Below are positions 8,884-17,034 of a DNA stretch of 64,000 nucleotides, piece by piece (position 1 is the stretch's first letter; each line of letters starts with the position of its first letter). The translations under genes and the position numbers were made by a program. Below the pieces are notes generated by a model. The model was not told where the DNA came from, ran no database searches, and was given only the letters and a program-made list of their open reading frames with translations. Origin of the DNA: a virus (lineage: Duplodnaviria > Caudoviricetes); the IMG/VR virus record IMGVR_UViG_3300037471_000808, positions 5,563 to 69,562 of that record. One strand, written 5' to 3'.

Positions 8884-9086
8884 CCAAGCCCAAAATCTCC
8901 ACCGTCGTGCGCGCCGAAGTCACGCTCGACATCTACGTCGGCACCTGGGGCGGCAATTCCAACTTCGTCGACCTGCACGAGGTGGCGCAGCGCGAGGCGA
9001 TTCAGCAGCTGGCCTGCAAGCTTGGCCACGGTCTGACCGTTGTCGGCAAGCCGAAGATCAAGTTCGTCACCCACACCGAGAAGTAG
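8880..9086 (+). CDS. hypothetical protein
   Basis: ATGA overlap. Confidence 0.7.
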   Translation: MTKPKISTVVRAEVTLDIYVGTWGGNSNFVDLHEVAQREAIQQLACKLGHGLTVVGKPKIKFVTHTEK

Positions 9087-9112
9087 CAAACTTTTCGGCT
9101 TTGTCGTAAAGT
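9084..9112 (+). promoter_or_regulatory. possible weak sigma70 promoter
   Basis: TAGCAA-N17-TAAAGT in one of the few early intergenic gaps. Confidence 0.3.
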
Positions 9113-9137
9113 AGTTGCCCACCACAAAGGAAAGATC

Positions 9138-9602
9138 ATGAACACAGTCCCTATCGTGCGCATCGAGATTGAGCAGATGCGTTACGCGCTGCACCAGATG
9201 CTAGGCGAGCATGGCCAGATTCTGAACGAACAAATTCAAGCCGCAGTCGACGCTTTTTGCACGCCCGAAAACCTGCAGAGGGTCGTCACCGAGACGGCCA
9301 ACACCGCGCTGAAGGGTGTCGTCCAGTCCGAGATTTCGAGCTTCTTTAGCTACGGTCCCGGCCGACGCGCAGTAAGCGCCGTTATCAAGGAGCAGCTGAA
9401 CGAGCTGGGTTTTGGTGAGCCGCTGCCGGCCGTTTACTCCTGCATCGACAAGGGCGGCCGATACGAGCTGCTGGGAGAAGCGCAGGGCGCAGGCACCAGC
9501 AAATCCGGCGAGCACCTGATGATTTACCGCGACGCGCAGACTGGCATCCTGTACTACCGCACGGTTCCCGACTTCGGGTCGCGCATGGAGCAGGTGTCGT
9601 GA
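9138..9602 (+). CDS. two-domain protein with a DUF1653-like C-terminus
   Basis: C-terminal KGGRYELLGEA...LMIYRD...LYYR pattern. Confidence 0.7.
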   Translation: MNTVPIVRIEIEQMRYALHQMLGEHGQILNEQIQAAVDAFCTPENLQRVVTETANTALKGVVQSEISSFFSYGPGRRAVSAVIKEQLNELGFGEPLPAVYSCIDKGGRYELLGEAQGAGTSKSGEHLMIYRDAQTGILYYRTVPDFGSRMEQVS

Positions 9603-9835
9603 AGCAGCTGTACGTTATCACTGCGGGGCTGACGCAACACCGGCTTGGCAGTATGACCTTCAAGCCGTGCACCTGCTGGCGCCTGGTCGAGACGGAAGTG
9701 GAGGCGATTGGCAGTGCGGCCAGTTCCCTGCTGGAGCAGTATCCCGGCTGGGAGCTGGCGAGCGTTGTCGCCAGCCCGCTGCCGGCTGCCGACCTTACGG
9801 CCGCTTACGCCGAGATGTGCGGGAGGCAGCCATGA
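9599..9835 (+). CDS. hypothetical protein
   Basis: GTGA/ATGA overlaps. Confidence 0.65.
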   Translation: MKQLYVITAGLTQHRLGSMTFKPCTCWRLVETEVEAIGSAASSLLEQYPGWELASVVASPLPAADLTAAYAEMCGRQP

Positions 9836-10635
9836 TCGTCAGCTACCCCAAGCCCATCGGCGACTTGGTCGCGCGTGGTGCCCTGTTCGTGGTCAACCAC
9901 AGCGGCGGCAAGGACAGCCAGGCGATGTACCTGAAGCTACGCGAGATCGTGCCGAAGGAGCAGCTGGTGATCGTGCACGCCGACCTCGGGCGCGTCGAGT
10001 GGGCTGGCGCCCTGGACCACATCAGGGCGACCACGGCCGGCGAGCCGGTGCATGTCTGCCGCGCGCGGCGCGACCTGCTGCAGATGGTCGAGGAGCGCGG
10101 CATGTTCCCGTCGCCGCAGCAGCGCCAGTGCACGTCGGACTTGAAGCGCGGGCCGATCGAGAAGGTGATCCGCCACCTGACCTACGCCCGCAAGGCCGCC
10201 GGCCACCCGCCTTGGCATCTGGTCGTGAACTGCGTCGGGCTGCGCGCCGAGGAGTCGGTCACGCGCAAGAAGATGCCGCCGTTCGCGTTCGACAAGGGTA
10301 ACAGCAAGGCTGGGCGCGAATGGTACGAATGGCTGCCGGTCCACGATTGGACCGAGGCCGAGGTGTACGCCGCGATCAAGGCCGCCGGTCAGCAGCCGCA
10401 CGTCGTCTACGACGAAGGTATGAAGCGCTTCTCGTGCGTGTTCTGCATCTACGCCGACAAGGAGAGCCTGACCACTGCGGCGCGGCTGGTGCAGACCAAG
10501 CCCTGGCTGGTCAACGATCCGAACGTCTACAAGAACTACACCGCGCTGGAGAAGTCGACCGGCCAGGTGATGATCATGCCGTCCAAGCAGCACGGCCGCC
10601 GCACGCTCGAAGAGATCACCGGCATCGCTGCCTAA
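9832..10635 (+). CDS. PAPS-reductase-like (PP-loop) protein
   Basis: NHSGGKDS PP-loop, HADLG, CTSDLK, GLRAEES..R, SCVFC; ATG 9832. Confidence 0.85.
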   Translation: MIVSYPKPIGDLVARGALFVVNHSGGKDSQAMYLKLREIVPKEQLVIVHADLGRVEWAGALDHIRATTAGEPVHVCRARRDLLQMVEERGMFPSPQQRQCTSDLKRGPIEKVIRHLTYARKAAGHPPWHLVVNCVGLRAEESVTRKKMPPFAFDKGNSKAGREWYEWLPVHDWTEAEVYAAIKAAGQQPHVVYDEGMKRFSCVFCIYADKESLTTAARLVQTKPWLVNDPNVYKNYTALEKSTGQVMIMPSKQHGRRTLEEITGIAA

Positions 10636-10657
10636 CCCACAATAAGGAGAACCACCT

Positions 10658-11776
10658 ATGGCTTTGTCACGCCCGGTCACCGGGCAAACCCACATTCAGG
10701 ACGTCGACGTCAACGGTCTGGACCGCTTCTACTACGCCAGCCGCAGGAGCAAACTCACCGTCGGCACCGAGGTCGAGTTGCGCGCCCAGCCCAACAACCT
10801 GGTCGACCGCGACGCCGTCGAGGTGCGCTTCGGCGGCGTGCAGATCGGCTGGGTGCCGCGCGCCCAGAACGGCGATATCGCGCGGCGACTGCGCAACGGC
10901 CAGAAGCTGGTCGCGCGGATTCTGCGCCACAATCTGGCAGCCCACGACCTGCGGCTGTCCGTGTTCGTGGACCGCGGCCTGCCTGTGGTGGAGTCGGCAC
11001 CAGGCACCGCACCGAAGCCGCTGGACACGATCACCATCACCGGCCGGCCGATGCAGAACCCGGACAGCTTTTACGAGATCGACACCTATGCCGCGGGAAC
11101 CGCGTTCCCGCTGGTGACTTCGTTCAACCGGGTGTCGATCACGCTGACTGACCCGGCGCGCACGAAAGACTTGGCTTGGTTCCGCAAGAGCGAGATCAGC
11201 GAAGCGGCCGTCGAGGCGGCTGAACGCGGCAACCTTGTCGCCGTCAAGCGCAGCGACGGCAAGTTCGACCTGTCCGAGAGTAGCAACTACCTGCGCATCG
11301 ACGGCAGCATGTTGGCCACCTGCGGCATCACCAGCGACCGCATCATCTCTGGCACCATCAACTTTAACCTCTCCAACTACACCACCAAGGAAGCCACCAT
11401 GAAAAACATCGCCACCAACCTGATCGACTCCAACAAATCGGCCGCCGCCCAGGCAGGCTTCCTCGAGGCCGGCCGCATCGCCAACAACCAGCTGGTGCGC
11501 GTCTCGGCCAAGACGCTGCCGCTGATGGTGCGCGGCTACGCCGACACGCCGGTCGGCAAGCTGGTGCTGGCCAACGTCGCCCAGCTGGCCGCCACCCAGC
11601 TGCGCCCGAGCGACCCGACCTTGGCCAAGCTGACCACCGCGATGACGGTCGCCGCCTACCAGGAACTGATCCAAACCTTCGACATCGAGGGCTGGCTGAA
11701 CCAGATCCTGGAGTCGCCGGAGATCAAGCGCGCAGTGAGCAAGCTCGATCCGGCACCGGCCACCGCCACCGAGTAA
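10658..11776 (+). CDS. HIRAN-domain protein with a C-terminal helical domain
   Basis: N-terminal LRAQPNNLVDRDAVEV...QIGWVPR = HIRAN; probable internal start at 11399. Confidence 0.8.
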   Translation: MALSRPVTGQTHIQDVDVNGLDRFYYASRRSKLTVGTEVELRAQPNNLVDRDAVEVRFGGVQIGWVPRAQNGDIARRLRNGQKLVARILRHNLAAHDLRLSVFVDRGLPVVESAPGTAPKPLDTITITGRPMQNPDSFYEIDTYAAGTAFPLVTSFNRVSITLTDPARTKDLAWFRKSEISEAAVEAAERGNLVAVKRSDGKFDLSESSNYLRIDGSMLATCGITSDRIISGTINFNLSNYTTKEATMKNIATNLIDSNKSAAAQAGFLEAGRIANNQLVRVSAKTLPLMVRGYADTPVGKLVLANVAQLAATQLRPSDPTLAKLTTAMTVAAYQELIQTFDIEGWLNQILESPEIKRAVSKLDPAPATATE

Positions 11777-11786
11777 GGAGAACGCC

Positions 11787-12146
11787 ATGGACGACGAATA
11801 TCGTCCGCGCCGTCGGCGCCCGGCCCACTGCCAGTGCGACGGCGCCACCGTCGGCCCCTGCCCGGGGCCGCTGAACTGCCCCTACTCCGGCCTCGGGCCG
11901 GAAGATCAACCTGAAGGAGAGAACATGGCACGACAAGACATTTCGTACGACTTTGAAGATTTCGGCAAGAGCGCCGACTGGCTGCGCGACAAGTACGGCG
12001 CGGAAGGCCACCCGGAACACACGCTCTTCGGCTGGAAGTTCGCGGTCAATAACGGCGACACGCTGCGCGGCTACTGGGACTGGGTGGTCGCCCATATCGA
12101 AGAGGACGACGACGCGATTGCAGGTGCCGGGGAGGGTCAGGCATGA
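11787..12146 (+). CDS. hypothetical protein, possibly two fused genes
   Basis: Cys-rich N-terminus; internal SD AAGGAG before ATG 11925; GDTLRGYWDWV motif. Confidence 0.7.
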   Translation: MDDEYRPRRRRPAHCQCDGATVGPCPGPLNCPYSGLGPEDQPEGENMARQDISYDFEDFGKSADWLRDKYGAEGHPEHTLFGWKFAVNNGDTLRGYWDWVVAHIEEDDDAIAGAGEGQA

Positions 12147-12331
12147 AGAAGAGCAAGATCATGTACATTCAGCCCCGCGATGACGGCCAACCGAGCCAAA
12201 GCATCACCGCCTTACTGAGCGATGCGGCGGAATACTGCTTCGACGGCCTGCGTTTCCAGCCAGGTCTAACCCCGCTCACCGGCAAGGGTCGGCGCAAGGT
12301 GCGCATCACCGTGACGGTGGAGGCCGTATGA
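12143..12331 (+). CDS. hypothetical protein
   Basis: ATGA overlap. Confidence 0.65.
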   Translation: MKKSKIMYIQPRDDGQPSQSITALLSDAAEYCFDGLRFQPGLTPLTGKGRRKVRITVTVEAV

Positions 12332-12537
12332 CGCTATCCGCAGAGGGCCGGCATTACCTGAACAGCCGGGGAGAGCTGACGGAACAGGAGGCGCTACTCC
12401 TTGAGCACGTGTTCAGCGAAATCTACAAGAAGTCCCGATGGCTGAACGTCCCAGCAGCCAAGGACGACAGGGCTGCCGAACTTGAGGGAAGCCTTGTTCG
12501 GTTCATCATCGAAAGCCGGAAGACGGAGGCCGTATGA
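12328..12537 (+). CDS. hypothetical protein
   Basis: ATGA overlaps, SD GGAGG. Confidence 0.7.
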   Translation: MTLSAEGRHYLNSRGELTEQEALLLEHVFSEIYKKSRWLNVPAAKDDRAAELEGSLVRFIIESRKTEAV

Positions 12538-12752
12538 CCGACAAGTTGACGCCCGAAGACGCCCGCTCCCTGCAGTATTTTCACGAGGAGAGGGGAGACA
12601 TGTGCCGCTGCACCATCTTCAACGAGGTGCGGCACATCCTGCAGCGCGACTACCCGGAAGTGCTGGCTGCGCTGCAGCAGGTGGAAGTGGCCAAGCGGAT
12701 GCTCGACGCCGTGGTCAAGCAGATGGTCGAGCGCGTCGAGGAGGACGAATGA
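12534..12752 (+). CDS. hypothetical protein
   Basis: ATGA overlaps, SD GGAGG. Confidence 0.7.
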   Translation: MTDKLTPEDARSLQYFHEERGDMCRCTIFNEVRHILQRDYPEVLAALQQVEVAKRMLDAVVKQMVERVEEDE

Positions 12753-13333
12753 AGCCGACCGCCTTCGAGACCGACCTGTGCGAGCGCATCGCCGCGCTCG
12801 ATGCCGAGGGCTGGGCAACCACCGCCCAGTTCCTGGCCCTGCCCGAGGTCGCCGACGGGCTGATCGAGCGCTCCTTCAAGACGCCATACACCCACCTCCC
12901 CGGCTACATGGAGCGCTTCTGGCTGCTCAACCCGTACGACTTTTCCGCCCCGAAGGGCGAGCGCGAGCTGCCCAGCGCGCGGATCCACCACATCCTGCGC
13001 AAAGACCTGGACGATCACCTGCACGACCATCCGTGGGCCGCGCGCACCGTGGTCCTGAAGGGCTGGTACATCGAGGAGCGCCTGATGGCCGACGGCAGCC
13101 TGAAGCTGCTCAAGCGCCAGCCGGGTGACACCGCGGCGCTCAATTTCGGCACGTACCACCGCATCGTTGAAGTTTCCGAAGGAGGCGTATGGACGCTGTT
13201 CGTGACCTACCGGTACCAGGGCACCTGGGGCTTTCTCGTCGACGGCAAGAAAGTGCCGTGGCGCGAGTACCTGGACAGCCCGAAACCCGGGCGCAGTGGT
13301 ATGCCCGCCACCACGGCGGAGGCTGGCGCGTAG
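12749..13333 (+). CDS. cupin-like metal-binding protein
   Basis: HLHDHPW...KGWYIEE...YHRI two-motif cupin pattern; ATG 12749. Confidence 0.75.
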   Translation: MKPTAFETDLCERIAALDAEGWATTAQFLALPEVADGLIERSFKTPYTHLPGYMERFWLLNPYDFSAPKGERELPSARIHHILRKDLDDHLHDHPWAARTVVLKGWYIEERLMADGSLKLLKRQPGDTAALNFGTYHRIVEVSEGGVWTLFVTYRYQGTWGFLVDGKKVPWREYLDSPKPGRSGMPATTAEAGA

Positions 13334-13473
13334 CGCGCCGCACCTTCACCTGCCAGCAGGCCCTGTGCCTTGGGCGGGTGAAGGCCGGCTCGCAGTATTT
13401 CGACACCAATCAAACCACGACTTGGCCCAAGACCAAGCGCATCTGCGCCTCGTGCGCCCAAGAGAAAATATGA
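13258..13473 (+). CDS. possible small zinc-binding protein overlapping the cupin 3' end
   Basis: TCQQALC...ICASC; ends in an ATGA overlap; GTG start uncertain. Confidence 0.4.
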   Translation: MARVPGQPETRAQWYARHHGGGWRVARRTFTCQQALCLGRVKAGSQYFDTNQTTTWPKTKRICASCAQEKI

Positions 13474-13637
13474 AAATCACCGAACAGGTCAAGCACCGCG
13501 CCGCCGAGCTGCTGGTGAAGCGCCGTGGCGGCAACCCGAACGACCCCGCCGCCGTGTTTCAGGCGCTGTGCGTGATCCAGCCATTGCTGGAGATGCTCGA
13601 GGCGATCCACGACGCGATCGAGGAGGCCGAAGCGTGA
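13470..13637 (+). CDS. hypothetical protein (55 aa)
   Basis: ATG 13470; GTGA overlap with the next gene. Confidence 0.6.
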   Translation: MKITEQVKHRAAELLVKRRGGNPNDPAAVFQALCVIQPLLEMLEAIHDAIEEAEA

Positions 13638-14266
13638 ACCTCTACGACATCCTCGGCGTCATGCCTGACGCCGACGCCGACACCATCAAGAAGGCCTACC
13701 GCCGCGAGGCGATGAGGCACCATCCGGACCGCGGCGGCGACAAGGCCCGCGCGGCCGCCATCAACGACGCCTACGCGGTGCTGTCCGACCCGGCGCGGCG
13801 CGAGCAGTACGACCGCACCGGCAGCACGGCACCGCTGCAGGATATCAAGGCGCAGGCGCGCCAGACGCTTGCCCAGCTGATCGACGAGGTGATCGAGTCG
13901 CTCGACCGTGGCGAGGACAACGACGTGCGCCACAACGACCCGATCACGGCGGTGCGCGACCAGCTGGCCGAGCACAAGCGCCAGAACGCGGCCGCCCAGC
14001 GCAAGCTGGAACGGCGCATCGCCCAGCGCGAGGAAGCGCTCAGGCGCCTGAAGCATGCGAGCGGCGAAGGCCTGCTGGCTGAGGCGCTGCGCGGCGCGAT
14101 CGCGCGGCTGCGTGACGAGGTCAGGAAGGTCGGGCAGCTGCAGGCGCTGATCGCCTCCGTCGAAGGCCTGCTGGAGGGCTATAGCTACGAGGCCGAGGCG
14201 CGCCCCGAGGTGCAGGAGTTCAGGCTGGACCCGGGCCTGTTCCGCCAGTTCCAGTTCGGGCTCTAG
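13634..14266 (+). CDS. J-domain (DnaJ-like) protein
   Basis: NLYDILGV...IKKAYR...HHPDRGGD...INDAYAVLSDP.RREQYD; HPD motif intact. Confidence 0.9.
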   Translation: MNLYDILGVMPDADADTIKKAYRREAMRHHPDRGGDKARAAAINDAYAVLSDPARREQYDRTGSTAPLQDIKAQARQTLAQLIDEVIESLDRGEDNDVRHNDPITAVRDQLAEHKRQNAAAQRKLERRIAQREEALRRLKHASGEGLLAEALRGAIARLRDEVRKVGQLQALIASVEGLLEGYSYEAEARPEVQEFRLDPGLFRQFQFGL

Positions 14267-15120
14267 GCCCGCACCTTGATGCCGACCCGCGGCGAACCGA
14301 CCGCCCCCGGCCCGATGCCGACCCGCGGCCGGTTCTGCAACGGCAGATGTCCGCTCGGATGCAGGGTCGGGCGTAGCACGCCTCCGGATAGCATGCCGGT
14401 GGCGCTGGCCGCGCAGGCAGCAAGCCCCGCTAGCGCAAGGCTGGTCGACAAGTCGCCGCCGGCCAGCACCGCGCTGGCCGCTACGCCCTGCAGGCGGATG
14501 CTGGCGGACAGCTCGCCGGAAAGGCCCGACGCGCTGGCGGCGGTACCGCCCAGGATGATGTCGGCTGACAGCGCACCGCTGGCACCGCTGGCGCAGGTTG
14601 CGATGCCGGCCAGGGTGATGGACGTCGCCAGTGCGCCGCTTAGCGAGGCGCTGCACGCCAGCACGTCCCCCACGAGGCTCGCGTCGGCTGGCAGGCTGCC
14701 GCTGGCGCTGGCGCTGCAGCTGGCCAGGCCCGCCAGGATGATGTTGATCGACAGTGCGCCACTGGCACCAGCGCTGCAGCTGGCCAGGCCTTCCAGCGTA
14801 ATGTTGGCGGACAGGTCGCCGCTGGCGCTGCCCGCGCAAGTTGCGGCGCCAGCCAGGCCGACACCGGTCGACAGCGCCCCACTGACGCTGCTGGCGCAAT
14901 TGGCCTGGCCGGCCAACGTGACAGTCGTGGTCAGCGCGCCGCTGGCAGCAGTGATGCTGGCAGCGCTGCCGTCCAGGTTGATGCTGGTGCTTAGCGCGCC
15001 GGTCGCCGTGGCGCTGCAGCTGGCGATCCCGGCCAGCGAAGTGTCGGCCGGCGCCGAGCCGGACGTGACTCGGCCCAGGCCGACCGGCGCGGTGCCGAGT
15101 GGGGACAGGCCGAGTGCCAT
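14263..15120 (-). CDS. Ala/Gly/Ser-rich repeat protein, probably virion-associated
   Basis: 11 tandem ~20-aa repeats; N-terminus MALGLSPLGTAPVG. Confidence 0.75.
   Translation of the reverse strand: MALGLSPLGTAPVGLGRVTSGSAPADTSLAGIASCSATATGALSTSINLDGSAASITAASGALTTTVTLAGQANCASSVSGALSTGVGLAGAATCAGSASGDLSANITLEGLASCSAGASGALSINIILAGLASCSASASGSLPADASLVGDVLACSASLSGALATSITLAGIATCASGASGALSADIILGGTAASASGLSGELSASIRLQGVAASAVLAGGDLSTSLALAGLAACAASATGMLSGGVLRPTLHPSGHLPLQNRPRVGIGPGAVGSPRVGIKVRA
14377..15039 (-). repeat. 11 x ~60-nt coding repeat (xLxGxAxCxxxASGxLSxxI)
   Basis: Aligned by eye from the translation. Confidence 0.85.
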
Positions 15121-15126
15121 CTACGG

Positions 15127-15492
15127 TTATCCGGCGCTTTGCTCGGTGGCGGGAATCGGCAGCGTGTACTCGCCGGCCGACGAGCACAGGATGAACGAGG
15201 CCCCGACCGGCACATAGAAGCTGGCCCCGAAGTAGCGTGGCCATGCCAGCATCCACTGCCCGGCCGCGGTGCCGCTGGTGCAGTCAAGCGTGCCGGTGCC
15301 GACGCGCACCTCGAGGTTGCACTGGTCCCAGGTGCACTGCGGCGCCATTATGATGATCGACGCCTTGGTCGTGTCGGTGGCCTGATACGAGGTGGCCAGG
15401 CTCAGCGTGCGTGCGACCGGGGTGCCGAAGTCGAATGCGGACGCCAGCGCGGCGGCCGCGAACAGCGTAAGTGCGACGAAAAGCTTTTTCAT
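15127..15492 (-). CDS. secreted protein (121 aa, Sec signal peptide)
   Basis: MKKLFVALTLFAAAALASA|FDF; ATG 15492; four Cys. Confidence 0.75.
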   Translation of the reverse strand: MKKLFVALTLFAAAALASAFDFGTPVARTLSLATSYQATDTTKASIIIMAPQCTWDQCNLEVRVGTGTLDCTSGTAAGQWMLAWPRYFGASFYVPVGASFILCSSAGEYTLPIPATEQSAG

Positions 15493-15565
15493 GTTGTTCC
15501 CTTCGTAGGTTGGTGGGGCCAGGTTGTTCTGGCCAGCCGGCCCCTGAAGCGCACTGGCCAGATGC

Positions 15566-16108
15566 TTATACGGTCGGCCAGCCGGTGCTGAAGTCGTAAG
15601 CAAGGACGTCAGCAATTGTCTCCAGCGCCATGATGGCGTCGCGGTGGCGGCCATCATTGCCGCCGATGGCTGCTTCCATACCGGCGAAGTATGCGGCGTT
15701 GCCGTCGACCTTGGCGACCAGCGCCGCCAGCGAGATGCCGCGGGCCGCAGCTTCCTGGGACAGCAGCGGATAGGTGCCGGCGTCGCCCTCGGTCGCGTAA
15801 CGCAGCGCTTCGGCACGCTTGATCGGCCAGCTGGCCATCTCGCCGGCACTGACCGGCGCGACCACCTGGTCACGCAGCTTCTTGGCATGCCCCAGCACCT
15901 CGGCGCAGCGGGACGTCTTCGCATAGGCCAGCGCGTCGGCCTCGGTATAGGTGTCGATGAATGCCTGCGCCGCAGCCGGGTCGCTGGCGAATTCGCCGGA
16001 GACGCCGCCCTCGGTTCGGATGCCACGCGCCCACAACCCCTCGTACAGGCCGGGCAGGTAGCCGTTCGGCAGGGTGATACGACAGTCTTCGTTCTCGTAG
16101 ATGCTCAT
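15566..16108 (-). CDS. fibre-assembly-type protein (DUF4376-like)
   Basis: EMASWPIKRAEA...LAALVAKV...G.RHRDAI...YDFSTGWP* pattern; follows a fibre gene. Confidence 0.7.
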   Translation of the reverse strand: MSIYENEDCRITLPNGYLPGLYEGLWARGIRTEGGVSGEFASDPAAAQAFIDTYTEADALAYAKTSRCAEVLGHAKKLRDQVVAPVSAGEMASWPIKRAEALRYATEGDAGTYPLLSQEAAARGISLAALVAKVDGNAAYFAGMEAAIGGNDGRHRDAIMALETIADVLAYDFSTGWPTV

Positions 16109-17031
16109 TTGAACAGCCCCATGACTTGGCCACCACTGCTGCGCGAGTAGCCGCCCGACGGTGCCGTATCGCCGGTCGCCGGCAGCGGACCGTAAGTGGT
16201 CGACTTGTCGAACATTAGGATGTCACGCCCGCCGCCCGAGGCCGTGCTGAGCAGCCCATGACCGAAGTGCGTCATCCGGCGCAAGGTCACGGCGGCGTTC
16301 GGCTGCAACACCAGATAGTAGAAGCCGGGCGGCATCCACCACGGCGTCGCCAGCGTCACCGCCCGAAAGCCGGTCGCGGTTACGTCGATCTGCGCACTGG
16401 AGGTGAACTCGATCAGCAGGTTCAGCGCGCCACCGCCGCCCGGGTCGATGTCCATGACCCCCATGCGCAGCAGGCTGCCAGCGGCACCGGCGGTGGCGAC
16501 GTCGACGGCAACCTGGGTCATCGGCTTGCCCCCCACGTACTCGAACGGGCTGTACAGCCGCTGGCCAGCCGACAGCGCCATCGTTCCGGTGTTGCCGTCA
16601 TAGGTGCAGCGGGTATTGAACGGCTGCCAGACGTCGCTGCCGGTGCCGCCAATGTTGTTCAGCGTTCCGGCAAGTGCTCCCTTCTGCATGTTGGCACCGC
16701 CGCCGAACGTGATGGCGATGTTGGCCGCATTGGTGCCGAAGGTGAGCGGGCTCGCGCCGCCGCGGGTGTAGCCGGTGCCGGCGACCCAGGTGCGGAACAC
16801 CTGCAGACGGGTCAGGACGTTGGTGGCCAGGTTCAGGGAGCCAACCCCTGCCTCCCCCCGGACTAGTTGTGCCAGGGTGCTGTCGGTGTATTCGGCGATC
16901 TGGTACGGCAGCAGCAGGGTGCCGCTGGTCCCGAACGCGTCGGTCGGCTGCGGGAAGCCGCGCGCCGCCGCCAGCGTCAGCGTGGACGCCCCGCCGACGC
17001 CGTTATGCGAGCAGCACAGGAAGTCCAGCAT
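16105..17031 (-). CDS. putative fibre/receptor-binding protein (308 aa)
   Basis: N-terminal TLTLAAARGF...EAGVG...LTR virion module and a beta-rich C-terminal half. Confidence 0.6.
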   Translation of the reverse strand: MLDFLCCSHNGVGGASTLTLAAARGFPQPTDAFGTSGTLLLPYQIAEYTDSTLAQLVRGEAGVGSLNLATNVLTRLQVFRTWVAGTGYTRGGASPLTFGTNAANIAITFGGGANMQKGALAGTLNNIGGTGSDVWQPFNTRCTYDGNTGTMALSAGQRLYSPFEYVGGKPMTQVAVDVATAGAAGSLLRMGVMDIDPGGGGALNLLIEFTSSAQIDVTATGFRAVTLATPWWMPPGFYYLVLQPNAAVTLRRMTHFGHGLLSTASGGGRDILMFDKSTTYGPLPATGDTAPSGGYSRSSGGQVMGLFK

Positions 17032-17034
17032 GGC

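Noticed and set aside
14377-15039. Regular 60-nt periodicity as a possible CRISPR array
   Set aside because: Degenerate, in-frame coding repeats with no repeat-spacer structure and no cas genes.
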